Assembly (NCBI GenBank): GCA_964106915.2
Contig: OZ066919.1
Strand: one strand, 5' to 3'
DNA length: 64,000 nucleotides
DNA from: Podarcis gaigeae
Taxonomy: Eukaryota
Shown: piece by piece, positions 40,467-52,600 of the stretch
Numbering within the stretch: the first letter of the stretch is position 1
Layout: every line of letters begins with the position of its first letter
Program-made: the position numbers and the translations under genes
Notes under the pieces: generated by a model
The model's database searches: none
Told to the model about the DNA's origin: nothing
What the model saw: only the letters and a program-made list of their open reading frames with translations

Positions 40467-43400
40467 CCCTGCAGTGTTGATCTGAAATTCTGCCAAAGAA
40501 ACCACAGCTTCACATTTCCAATACTTTTAACTTATATGTACAGAGTGAACCAAAACATTACACCTTGAAATTCTAAACTGTGTCATCAAATATAATGAAC
40601 AGAAGCAGGGAGGGTGCTTTATACTTTTTTCATTTCTGCCTACAGTTAGAACTACTTCAAACAATTCAGATGCATTCATTTCTGAAATGATCACTGAAAT
40701 TATGCGTTCATCAAAATCAGATGAGAAAGGTGTGCTAGCAGTTCCTGCTGGATTTATCAAGCATCTCAATTCGACTGGAAAAAAGTGCAGGATCAGTGTA
40801 GTAACTGCATGTAGCACTAGCTCACTTCAGTTTATTTTCAACTGATTTTCAAATTCTGACAAACTAATTTTATAAAGATTTGAATCACGACTGAGCAATG
40901 CAGGGTACAGAGAAATGGAAGATACTGGAAAGCATTTTTTTAAAGTGAAAGGAAACCAACTTAATTAATGAAAAAGTGTCTTTGTGTGTGTGAAATCTAT
41001 ATTTACTCCCCCCATGTTGTACCTGTTCCATTGCATATGATGAACTGAAGACATTACTACTGTTGCTGGAGCTAGTGGAGGAATCAGCAGAGCTTGCTGA
41101 TGGGGTTCCACTTCCTGATGTCTTTACTGTAAGTGCTTGTTCTTCCGAAAAGCCCAACTGGTGAAGTAGCTTTTGATCTTTATTCACTGTTAGCTGAAAT
41201 ACAATATCTTTTCTTAGCTTCTGCAAACCGTACACATCTAGAATATTGATAAAATCATCCTAACATACCAAGCTGTCATTTGCAAATATCTGTATGTTTT
41301 CCACAGGAGCATTCAACAGCTTTGCTATCTTCCATCTGACACTCCCTATGATCTCATTGCTATGAGCCTGCAAAAATGAAGTGGAAGTTAGTTCATTCAT
41401 GTTCTCAGATCTAGGAAGTATTATTAGACAGAAACCAGTGACCCATAAGGGAAACGTTTCCACATTATCCTGCAAGCCCCATTTACTCAGCATAACCTTG
41501 ACAAATGCATCTCTGGGTTATTTGTGGGGCATAGGAATTTGTTCATTTTTTTTCTTCAAAAAATGAAGCCCGGCCTCCCACAAGGTCTGAGGGACAGCGG
41601 ACCGGTCCCCTGCTGAAAAAGTTTGCTGACCCCTGCTTTGCATCAACACCCAACTCCCTTTTTGCTGAGAATTTTCACACTTTAAATATGAGTATTTTAA
41701 AAGGCAATAAAATTGCAAGAGCATACCTCTACTGTAAAGGTATCTTTGGTAGATTCATACATAACATTAAGTGTTAAAAGATGTCCATGAAAGGAGGCAC
41801 CGTGAGGTAGAATAGTACGTGGAACGGAGTAAAGGTCCTGTGGAAAGAAAGTGGTAAAAATGACCTTTGACACAAATGATCAAGGAACAATTTAAAATGT
41901 AAACTGGCGTAAGCTGATCAACTGAACATTTTTATCTGTGTTTTAGCTGTCACAATGATCTGTCCATTATACCGCAAAGACTTCCCCAACCTGGTGTGCT
42001 CCAGATATTTTGGACATCATCATCGCTGCCCATGCTGGCTGAGACTCAGTGGCAGAACATCTGCTTTGCATGCAGAAGGTCTCTGGTTTAATTCCCAGAA
42101 GCTCCAGCTGGGGCTGGGAATGCTCCTGCTATGAAATCATGAAGAGCCACTGCCTGTCAGTGTAGAGGCCATGCAGCTCCAAGTCTATGCCTTTGCCACT
42201 GCACTGTTCATGGGTCTTGTCCCTCAGCGAGTTAGCTTGGTGCTGCATGGCCTGTGGGTGGAGAGGGTTGCGGTGGTCCAGAATGGAAATCTTCTCTCCA
42301 GCCTGCTCCTAGGTCATTCAAAGGAGACCTAATTTCGGGTAAAGCTCAGTGTTCTCATTCACTTGGGTAGTAAGCGGGGCCCATGATCAAGGAGCAGGAT
42401 CTGATCACTCCATGCTACTGTAGTTGCAGTGGGCTGTTAAGGGGTTGTAGTAGTAGTTGTTATTATTAGGACTTCTTAGTCACCTTCCAAGGTATAAATT
42501 TCTTGCCAAAACCTGAGAGACTGGGGCTCCAGGACCAGTTCACTAGATCACTTGCCCTGCCACAGTTCAGCCAAATACAAAAATAGGTAAAGAGACCCCT
42601 GACAATTAGGTTCAGTTGTGGCCGACTCTGGGGTTGCGGCGCTCATCTCGCTTTATTGGCCGAGGGAGCCGGTGTACAGCTTCCGGGTCATGTGGCCAGC
42701 ATGACTAAGCCGCTTCTGGCAAACCAGAGCAGCGCACGGAAATGCCGTTTACCTTCCCACTGGAGCAGTACCGATTTATCTACTTGCACTTCTGACATGC
42801 TTTTGAAATGCTAGGTTGGCAGGAGCAGGGACCGAGCAATGGGAGCTCACCCCGTCGCGGGGATTCGAACCGCCGACCTTCTGATCGGCAAGTCCCAGGC
42901 TCTGTGGTTTAACCCACAGTGCCACCCAAAAATACCCAAAAATGCAAAAATAGCTACTACTAATAAAACTGTAGCCTTTTCAATCCAGTTCTGCGTTGGT
43001 TCTCATCCTCCTCACTCTCTGATGCGGCCCAAAGGTAATAGAAACTTGCTTGCTTAAACAATGATTCTACAGTGGGAGATGTGTGTTATTTGGTTGTTTT
43101 TTTATTTTTATTTTGTATTTTGTGGTTTTATATTTTGATTTTATTTTGTAAACCACCTTGAGATCTTTGGGTCTCAAAGGCAAATCTTAAAAATGTAGTA
43201 TAAACACTGACAACTGGGAAACACTGGCCTGTGAGTGCTCCAGTTGGAGAACAGCCTTTACCAAAGGTGTCATGGACTTTGAAGACACCTGAACTCAGGA
43301 TGCAAGGGAGAAATGTGCTAAGAGGAAGGCACACTTGGCAAATCCACACTGTGATCAACTCCTGCCCGGGAACCAATGTCCCCACTGTGGAAGGACGTGT

Positions 43401-46400
43401 GGATCCAGAATTGGCCTCCACAGTCACTCACGGACTCATTGTTAAAACCGTGTTTATGGAAGACAATCTTACCTCAGCTATGAGTGATTGCCAAAGAAGA
43501 AGAAAATAGGGCGGTATATAAATTCAATAAATAAGAACAATAACAACAACAATAACAATAGGAGAACTTGAAGCCTAAACTTAGCATTGCACTTACTGGG
43601 CTACTCAAACTAAAGGGACATGGGTACCAAAATTTCTTTTTCTTACCTCTATAGTGATGACGTAGCGTTCTGCCAACAGCAGCAGTCTCTCAATTATTAC
43701 AAGCTTCGTTGACCTGGAGATTGCAATCAAAATAAATGGCAGACAGTTGGGTGAGACCTCAGTTGAGCTCCTTGAAAATACCTAGCAGCCTGACAAAAGC
43801 CACCAACACTATGCCCTGTGGCCGCTATCTGATAGGTGGCCCAAACAAATTTCTCACTATCAAGGAGTATGGAACTAAGTTTCAAGGTGGCAACAGTCAA
43901 GGAGTTAGATTTATTCACTCCTCCCCACCATCACCTCAGTAACATTTGATTTAAAAAAGAGGAAGTGTGATGTGATGTCTTCACACTGTTTTGCTGTACC
44001 TGCTCCACATTACACAATGAAGTGAAGCAGAGCCAGAGAAATTCCTGAACTGGGTCATAACATATTATGCATTCCAAGTAACAACAGGTTAGTGGTGAAG
44101 TACCGGTGGCAGTGGCAGCAAGGAGAAAAAAAGTCATCCTTAACGCATACTTCCAACCCTAGTTTGCCTAGCGAAAGAAAAGAATGGAGGAGTATAAGTA
44201 GTAAACTCAGTCCAGTTTTTCCTAAACTTTTGTTATTTGGGGCTGACATAATTAAAGATAAACCTGGCAACACACTTTATTATTTCACCTGAAAAAGGCT
44301 TAAAAAGTGAGGTACAACATACATTTTAAAGAAATGTTAGAGGGGAAGAAGGTGTGAGAGAAGAACCAATAGCAAAACAGCGCTGCAGATTATTGCAGTT
44401 TTTGATGCTATTTTATATCTCCAATTTGCCCTCCTTCCCCTCAGGTCCAGGGGGAATGTGGTCAGTGCTTTAGGGAAATAGCACCAGCTTCTGCACTTGG
44501 CTGCATTCCTGGGCCAATTCATCTTTCCATTTATTTAATTAATGTATTGATATCTCACACCTTTCCGTGGTAACCGTAAACTCAAGGCAGCTTACAAATA
44601 AAAATACAGATGAGACCAAACAGCAGCAGAAAAAGGGTCACAGAAGCCATATCAGCAAAAGAAAACACTTAGATTTAAGAGTTTTACAGTGCTGTTGCTG
44701 GTAAACTGCAGCCTCACTGTAGTCTTCTCCCAATTGCATAAATGACTACTATGCTGTTGTATATTCCCTGAGAAATACTACTAGTACCAACTTTGATCTT
44801 CTTTAAGCAGCTGTCCAAATCAATTTAATGGAAGTGCACAGTATTTGTTCCACGATTACTACACTTGTTTAATACAGGAACAACACTTCTTTTTTGGAAC
44901 TGGAACAGAGCACCACTTGATTTTCCAAAAGGTAAACTTAGGGTATATTGTATTGTGCTGTGTTGTATTATTTTCCTTCTCATCACAGGCCAGCATAAGT
45001 TGAGCAAACCTTTAAAAAGTGTTTATTCAACACTTCTTTTTGTAACCAGAGACTTGCATCACCCTTCTGGCAACTACCTTCCACAGTGAATCCTATTGCA
45101 ATGTATTTAAAAACAAAAACAAAAAAACCAGAAACATTCATTTGTGGGGACAAATACATTGAATAAACCTGTCCTTTGTAAAGTGTTTATGTATGATGAA
45201 GCTGTGGGTGCCAGTTCTAATTTCGGTAGTTTCTTTGGCCCATATCCATTTCACACACAGACAAGAATACCTGGTTCAGATGTAACATTCTAAAGTTTAG
45301 TGGATCAGGAATGTGAGATATGAGACTCCTCATTACTGAGGTTTCTTTTAACACAAGCAAGCTGGGCAAACTGTGGTTACAGCTAACCACATTAGCATGG
45401 TTTAAAGAGGATTTCATACCATGGTTTTGCACATCTTAGCAAGGCATGGTTATGGAAAACTGAAGGAAGGTGTGAGCCTTCAGCACATTCGCAGTCCTCT
45501 AAATCATGGTTATCTAGAACAAACCAACATAGATCATATTTATCTATTCCTAAACCAAAACCAAAACCTTACCTGTATGGAGACTGTACCGATGTTGCCA
45601 CAGTAGGCATTGCAGTTGCTGTTAGCATTTTGGTAGCTCTTGTGACAGCATGTGTCAGCGTTGGACCACCAAGTGCTGAACTGGCTGCCTAGAATGAAAG
45701 GAACATCGTGCTATTTCTGGATTACAAGGAAGGCCACGTAATGGTGCGGCAACTTCTTCAGCACTGAGAACTTAAACTTTGCCTTTTATCTGCAAAGTAA
45801 TTTCCTAGCGTCAAGGCATAACAGGCAGACATCTCTACACACCTTCATTTTAATGATATTCAAAGAAAGGAGCACTGGCTACTCCCTGTGAATACTCTAT
45901 CTAGTTAAGATGTTTGAGGGTTATACCCAAGGCAAGGAAACAGGTAAAAGATCTCTGACTCTAGGCTCCTGGCTCCAGTTCCAACCATGTAAAGAGAGAG
46001 AGGGTAAATACAATTCCAAAAAAAAAAAGAAAAAAAAGAATAACTCTTCTTGGGTCAAAGGTGGGAGAAAGTTCAGTGTCCCGGGCAAAGACAGGAAAAG
46101 AACTGGAGTTGTCTAGGGTCACAAGTCTCCCATGCAGTTCCCTGCTGTCCCAGATAATTAGTGGATATAACCCAACATGGTGGCTGCTCTATTAACTCCA
46201 GTTGAGAATGGGCTTTCTGTACAGTACGAGGTGGAATGCTGGAAATTATTTTACAATTATGTAAGAATAAAAAATACAACAGGACATATTTTTTTAAAAA
46301 AAGATTGACACTTACTTCTAATCTTGTATAACAATCCGCAATGAATTTTTTATGGAGTGACACTGAATCCTGAAAAGAATGAAAAGTGTTAAACTATATT

Positions 46401-46591
46401 GAAAACATTAATTCACACACATGCAGAGAGAGCAAGAGTACATACAGAGAACTGCTACTATACACATATTACTGAATTTAAGCATGAGCACGGATAGGAG
46501 AAAGAGTGTTGGTAATACAAAAACGTACATGGTCCATGTCTCTATTCAGACAACGAAAACCATGGCTTGCCATTATGAATGAACAGCGGTA

Positions 46592-46629
<38 letters not shown>

Positions 46630-49600
46630 ATGTCTTCCCCTTCCCTCTTCCTTCCTGTGCAAAGAAGCATGCAGATGCAGAGAAAGAAGTTCAACTTTGA
46701 ATCAGTGACAATTTAACTTCAATCAGTGACAGGTTAACTTCAACTTCGAATCAGTGACAAGCTAATTGTTTGTAGTTTCATAGAAATGCAGCAAACTATC
46801 AATGGTCAACAAGTGGAAGCTACGCAAAGGAAGAGGTGGGATTGCACATTTCAGGGGCAATACTGAGGCATTCTACATTTGTGGTAGAGTGAGGACAGGG
46901 ACACAACCTCTGACTCCCCAGCCTTGTCACCCTCCTTGAGCTGGAGAAATAACTTCTTTTGCAGCAGAGAGCCTACGCTACTCATTTTGGCAACCTGTGA
47001 GATTTAGAATCCTTGAAAATCACATGAGGAACCCACATAAATAGAGCAGGCTCTCCACTGCCGAAGCAGCTATCCCTCCAAGTCATGGAGAGCACTGAGG
47101 ATGGGGTGCCCACATGGAGCTACCAGGTTAGTCTTCGCTGCCTACTCTCACATGTTCTTTAAACACAGATGCTGAACGCTGGGTTAGGATCATCTGAAGG
47201 CAGCCTACATCTCCTCTTCTGGGACAAGTACAGCAACCAAACAATTCAGAGTTGTTACCTTCTTTAGTCTTGGATTTAGATTGATGTAACTATAGTTTAT
47301 TATTAGCTGAATAGCTTCATTCGCTATTTCTTCATCAGGTGACTCCATTGCGATCTTCCAAATAAAATCCATTCCTATTAATTCCAGTTTTTCTACATGC
47401 TAGACAAAATAAAAGAGAGAGAGACTAAGGTTGTTAGCACCCAGATCAGAGTACACTATTGAAATATTTCACATGTTGAAGAGCTTTATCCTATCACAAA
47501 CTGAAGATACTATTATTAATTACAAGTAATAGTAATATAAGCACAAATAAAGGTAAAGGTAAAGGGACCCCTGACCATTAGGTCCAGTCGTGACCGACTC
47601 TGGGGTTGCATGCTCATCTTGCTCTATAGGCCGAGGGAGCCGGCGTTTGTTGACAGACAGCTTCCGGGTCATGTGGCCAGCATGACTAAGCCGCTTCTGG
47701 CGAGCCAGAGCAGCGCACGGCAACACTGTTTACCTTCCCGCCGGAGTGGTACCTATTTATCTACTTGCGCTTTGACGTGCTTTCGGACTGCTAGGTTGGC
47801 AGGAGCAGGGACCGAGCAATGGGAGCTCACCCCGTCGCGGGGATTCGAACTGCCGACCTTCTGATCGGCAAGTCCTAGGCTCTGTGGTTTAACCCACAGC
47901 GCCACCCGCGTCCCTTATAAGTACAAATAAGGACTCCTCTAATTATCTTGGTTAATCCTAGAAAAAGCCCCTCCCTCCCAAGCACGTAAAAGCAAAGAAT
48001 TTAACTGTGCTCATGGACTGTTTCATATGAGTAAGTTAAAGAAAACTGATCTGAGCCCTAAACCTAATCTTGACTTAGGACAAATTAATGTACTATAGTA
48101 GCGTTGCCATATTTCAAAAAGTAAAAACCAGGGCACCCCAAAATTGTTGAGATTATATAAAGGAACCCCCAAAATTGTTGAGCTTTTGTTAGGGGGAAAA
48201 ACACGATTTTTTTAAATTGACTTGCCTAAGATCCAGGACAAAGTGCTGCCTTTCAGAAATTCCCCTGGATGTCAATTCCGCCTTTGAAATCCCAGTAATG
48301 TCAGGGAAAATCTGTAACTATAGCTTTGGAGAGCCACATTCTAGCTGCCACTTCCCAATGGTCACTATTTTATAGTGCACACTATTTTCCAAATAAACTT
48401 GCCAGCTGTGACCTATGAACTGCACTGGAACAAGTTTATAGAAAGCTGCTTACCAGCTGAGTTCCTTGACGTTTCAATCGATGATCACAGAGGTTCACAT
48501 TTTCAAAAAAGGTCTTAAACAAACCAAAACCTGTTTTTAAAAATTAACATTTTAAAGGAATTCTGCTATTTTCATTTAAACAAACACAGAAACATTACTC
48601 ATGCAAAATAAAAGCTTTAACTTCATTAGTCTCTGAAGCTGTTTGCAATCTTCAGCCGTTATTAAGCCCCCCAAATTTTATTCTAAGATATCTGACTATT
48701 ATACAGAAGGCTGAAAAACCAAAAATACTTACATACCATTCATAGTGATTTCATAAGACTCCAATTTAAGAATTTTTTCTTTAAAAAGCTGTTGCTGAAC
48801 ATCACTCTCGAGATCATGCTGCCCCTTTGTAAACCATTCAAAGCACATCTGTGAAAAGAGTTTACACTATGGTTCACATTCTGTTTTTAAATGATATATT
48901 TTGCATTGCTCTAAAATATCCGACATACTATGGTTTACTCCACGCACCAGAATTTGTTTGAGGATTGCTAACAATTTAAGAAAACTCTAGTATCCGTATG
49001 ATTGAGAATGAACAGCAATTTTTGTCTACTCCCGATAGCCCCTCAAACATTCCTAACAGCACTTGATTTTTCTACAGATTTGTGAAACGATTTTGTTTTC
49101 CTAGTGTGTTTTGATTTTAGCCCCAGATCATCTTTAGGATACATTGTTTCCAAGTAAAATTAGTGCTACATTTATTCCAAGGACATTCAACAGCAGCATC
49201 TCACCTCTCGATCTAGTTCACAAACATCTTGGCCTGTCACAAGGCATTCCCAGATTTCCCGAGCACGATTCCATCCTAAGTAAAGCGTAGCCTCTTGGAG
49301 AAAAAATGCCAGAAATTTGAGATGTGCTTCCAAGTACTGAAAAGGAAGCAAACGCAAACTGCAATTAACATTTCTGAACAGACCTTTATGAAACGTTTTG
49401 CAAATTTGAGGTTTGAGAGATTCAAGCTCACTGCCTCAGTAAAGAGTCAAGTTGCTTCTATACAGGGCTAGCCCCAAATGATCTGGTTTGAACGTCACAA
49501 GTTTGCTTACCTCCCGATACGTGTATCGGCAATCCACTAAGGTTGCTCCTGACAGGCCCCCAGGACCTGCCACGGATGCGGCCAATCGGTGGCATGCTAT

Positions 49601-52600
49601 TAAGCTGCTTGTCACCAGCTTCACTATTTCAAAGTTTTTCTTCAGATCCTGAATAATGCTCTTGGCAGAAGTATTGGAAAAGATGTGTTAAGCAGAGCAT
49701 TACAACATGTGCAATTAGACTTTCAAGGCTCGAATATAAGTTTCCCTCGCTGCACCCCCCTGGCCATCTATTCAATCAGGGCCTCAAAAGTCTCATAATT
49801 TCTATCCTCATTCACCACAGTTTCCAGTCATGACACTAGTCGTGCAGAAAGAAGTACTAAGCACTTCTAATATATACTTCAGTTAGCACAGCACAAAATC
49901 ATGCGCTTTCGTTTCCAAAGCCAAATCTGAACTTACTATGAATACTTAGCATTAAGAATGACACTAATATGACATGGCATTGTGACAGTGATTGCTTTGC
50001 TCAAAAAGGAAGTCTAAGTCTGATTTCTATGTAGCAGACCCAGGGTTTGATAGCTGTTTTTCACATCAGTTCCCTACACAACAGGTGCCATGTTAAAGGG
50101 ATAAAGTTAGGAAGAGGGGAGCTAAATACAAAGAAAATTTTGGATTCAAGGATGAGACTTTAGGCCCACAGTGTCAGCCAATACGTTTCCTCTACTTAGT
50201 AGAATTTAATCAAGAATTACACAAGTAAAGTTTAATAAGGTTAAAAGGATAAAATACTGGGTAACCTTACAAATATAAAGTATTGATGAAGAGCTGAAAA
50301 ACCCTAATTAAATCATAATTATCTGGATCAACAAAATAAGTAAGGCTAGGGTCTGATACAAGCTTTCCAAAGGCTAGCTTTTTAAAAAAATGTTAAGACG
50401 AGAGGGGGATACAAAGGATAAAATGGGAAATAATGGAAGATCCTGCTGATGGAGGGTGGGGTCTGACAGCCTTTATTGCGAAAAAAAGGAGAGCCAGAAG
50501 AACATCTTTAATCAGAACTAATATATCTGACCACGCCAGAGTTTACAACATGGTATGTGAACTTGTGAGTTACACCAGACCAGATATTTGGACACAATCT
50601 GAATAGTGGGAAATAGCTATTTCTGGGAGATCCTACTGCTGACAGCTCTTAAGACCACCCAAAGAAACACATCCCCCCCCCCTTTCACACATTCCCCCCT
50701 TCTTTAAAATCTAGCTTGAGAGAGTGAATTGCATGCTGTATTGAGTACATAATAGTGTTTTCTCAATTAACAGAGCCTAAAATTACAACAATTTGTATGC
50801 TAGGGCCTGCAAAAAAAATTGAGGTTAAAAAGTGGTCCTCAAATTTGTAAAGGCTGGGAACCACTGATCTATACACTGAAATAACAAACAAACATTTTCA
50901 GGTCCCAAGTATCCAAACCCTCAGTATTCAATGTTGTCTCTGAACGCATCCCATTTTTTAGATTCATTCCCTCCTGATATTTTCCCCTCCTGATCATATC
51001 AATCCACAATTTTGTCTCAAAAATTATCTTACCTTATCTTGCTTTTGGTAGGTCTGCTTAATAAATGAGCGTGTAATTTCATGGAGCTGACGTAAAGCTG
51101 GTACCACCCACACAAACTGAGGATTATTATGTTGAGATGACTATTAGGAGAAGGTACAGTAATAGATATGCTTAGTAACAATGACTGCATAAACATTCCA
51201 AGTTTTATTCCCCATTCTAGATTACTTTTGTAGTCTGTACTATAGCTATTCCTCAGTTCCACAAAATCCAGTATTTAGTTCTCTAAGTAATATATATAGA
51301 TTACATTGTGAAGGACACGTGGATCTATTTGCAAATTTCATTCTTGCGGCTTCCCCACAGCAAACAGTCACTCGTTTTGGCAGAAACAAAGGCAAGATAC
51401 TGGCTATGACTCTCACAAGAAGCAAACTGATACACACACTCTCCCTTTTCAAGGCGTCCTGTGAAACTTGAGAACTAATGAATGTGCCAAGCTTTGGGGG
51501 CGGGGCGCACGGAATATACATTCTGAGAGATAAGGCAAACTAACCCTCTTGATGTCTTCTATGCATTTGATGATGTAGCTTCTTTTTATTGCCTCCTTCA
51601 CTGCATATGCATCACTAAGGATTGTCAAATGCTCCTCCAAGGCTTGTTGAATCAAACTACTGGGCAATGTTGGAAGATGAGCCAACTCCCAGAGAACCTC
51701 AAGAACCTACAAGGATATACACACACAGATAAATATCAACATTCATTACAGAAATTAGCCTCCATGTTAACTCTTATAAGTGGAATTTATTACTCATGCC
51801 TTTCCAGTGGTTGTCTCTACACGTGCTTCCCGACCAATACGTCCTATCAAGCTTAGCAGCTTCTGTCTCACTCTATCACTCTCAGATTCCCAACTCTACA
51901 AAAGGGGAGGGAAGGGGGGGAATGAATAAAGACAAAACAAAAAACAATTTGAGTTTCAACTGGCCCAAGCTTTGGTTATCCATATTATGATCTTTAGATC
52001 CAAACAGTCTTCAAAATATATATTTCAGTTTCTTGCTGTAGTTGCCTCACCTTCTGAATAAGGACAAAGAGATGATTGAGCTGGTCTGAGCTGAACTTGA
52101 CAGCAGCTGCTGCAATAATGGTGTGGATGTTCTCTATTACAGTTGACGGCTGTCCTGACTTTAAAGAGGAGAGAAAAACAACAGTTAAAGAGACAGCTGT
52201 GAAAAAAGGTGAACTTGAAAAAATGATCATAGATGTATATTAAACAGAAATTCTGGAATCTTAGGCATTCTCACCCACTGAAAACATAGATGTTTCTGAT
52301 TAAACATGCTTAGGTTCACACTGCGTATTATCAAGCAAGAATGAGGAAGACTGTAGCCCCATCTTAGAGACTGCAAGAAATACCACACTGACAACTTTGT
52401 GGTTTTACGTTCAGGTTTTGGACACAACAAAGGAAGTATTTGTATTCTGTGAAAGGTTTTATATGAAGTGTGAAGGGCAGATACCGTTTGCTAGGTGTGT
52501 CATTGAGTAAACTGATTACTAATTCAGAAGTGCTTTCTGTTTCAGGCTCTGGGTATTCTGGAAGCTAATGGAACCAGTAGAAATGCAGGCATTGTGTAAC

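Noticed and set aside
40660-40725. Possible intronic C/D snoRNA (TGATGA..CTGA on -)
   Set aside because: Only ~50 nt between boxes, no terminal stem, no recognisable guide
46693-46763. Short repeats with variable linkers (CRISPR-like)
   Set aside because: Eukaryotic intron, no unique spacers, three imperfect tandem units: a minisatellite
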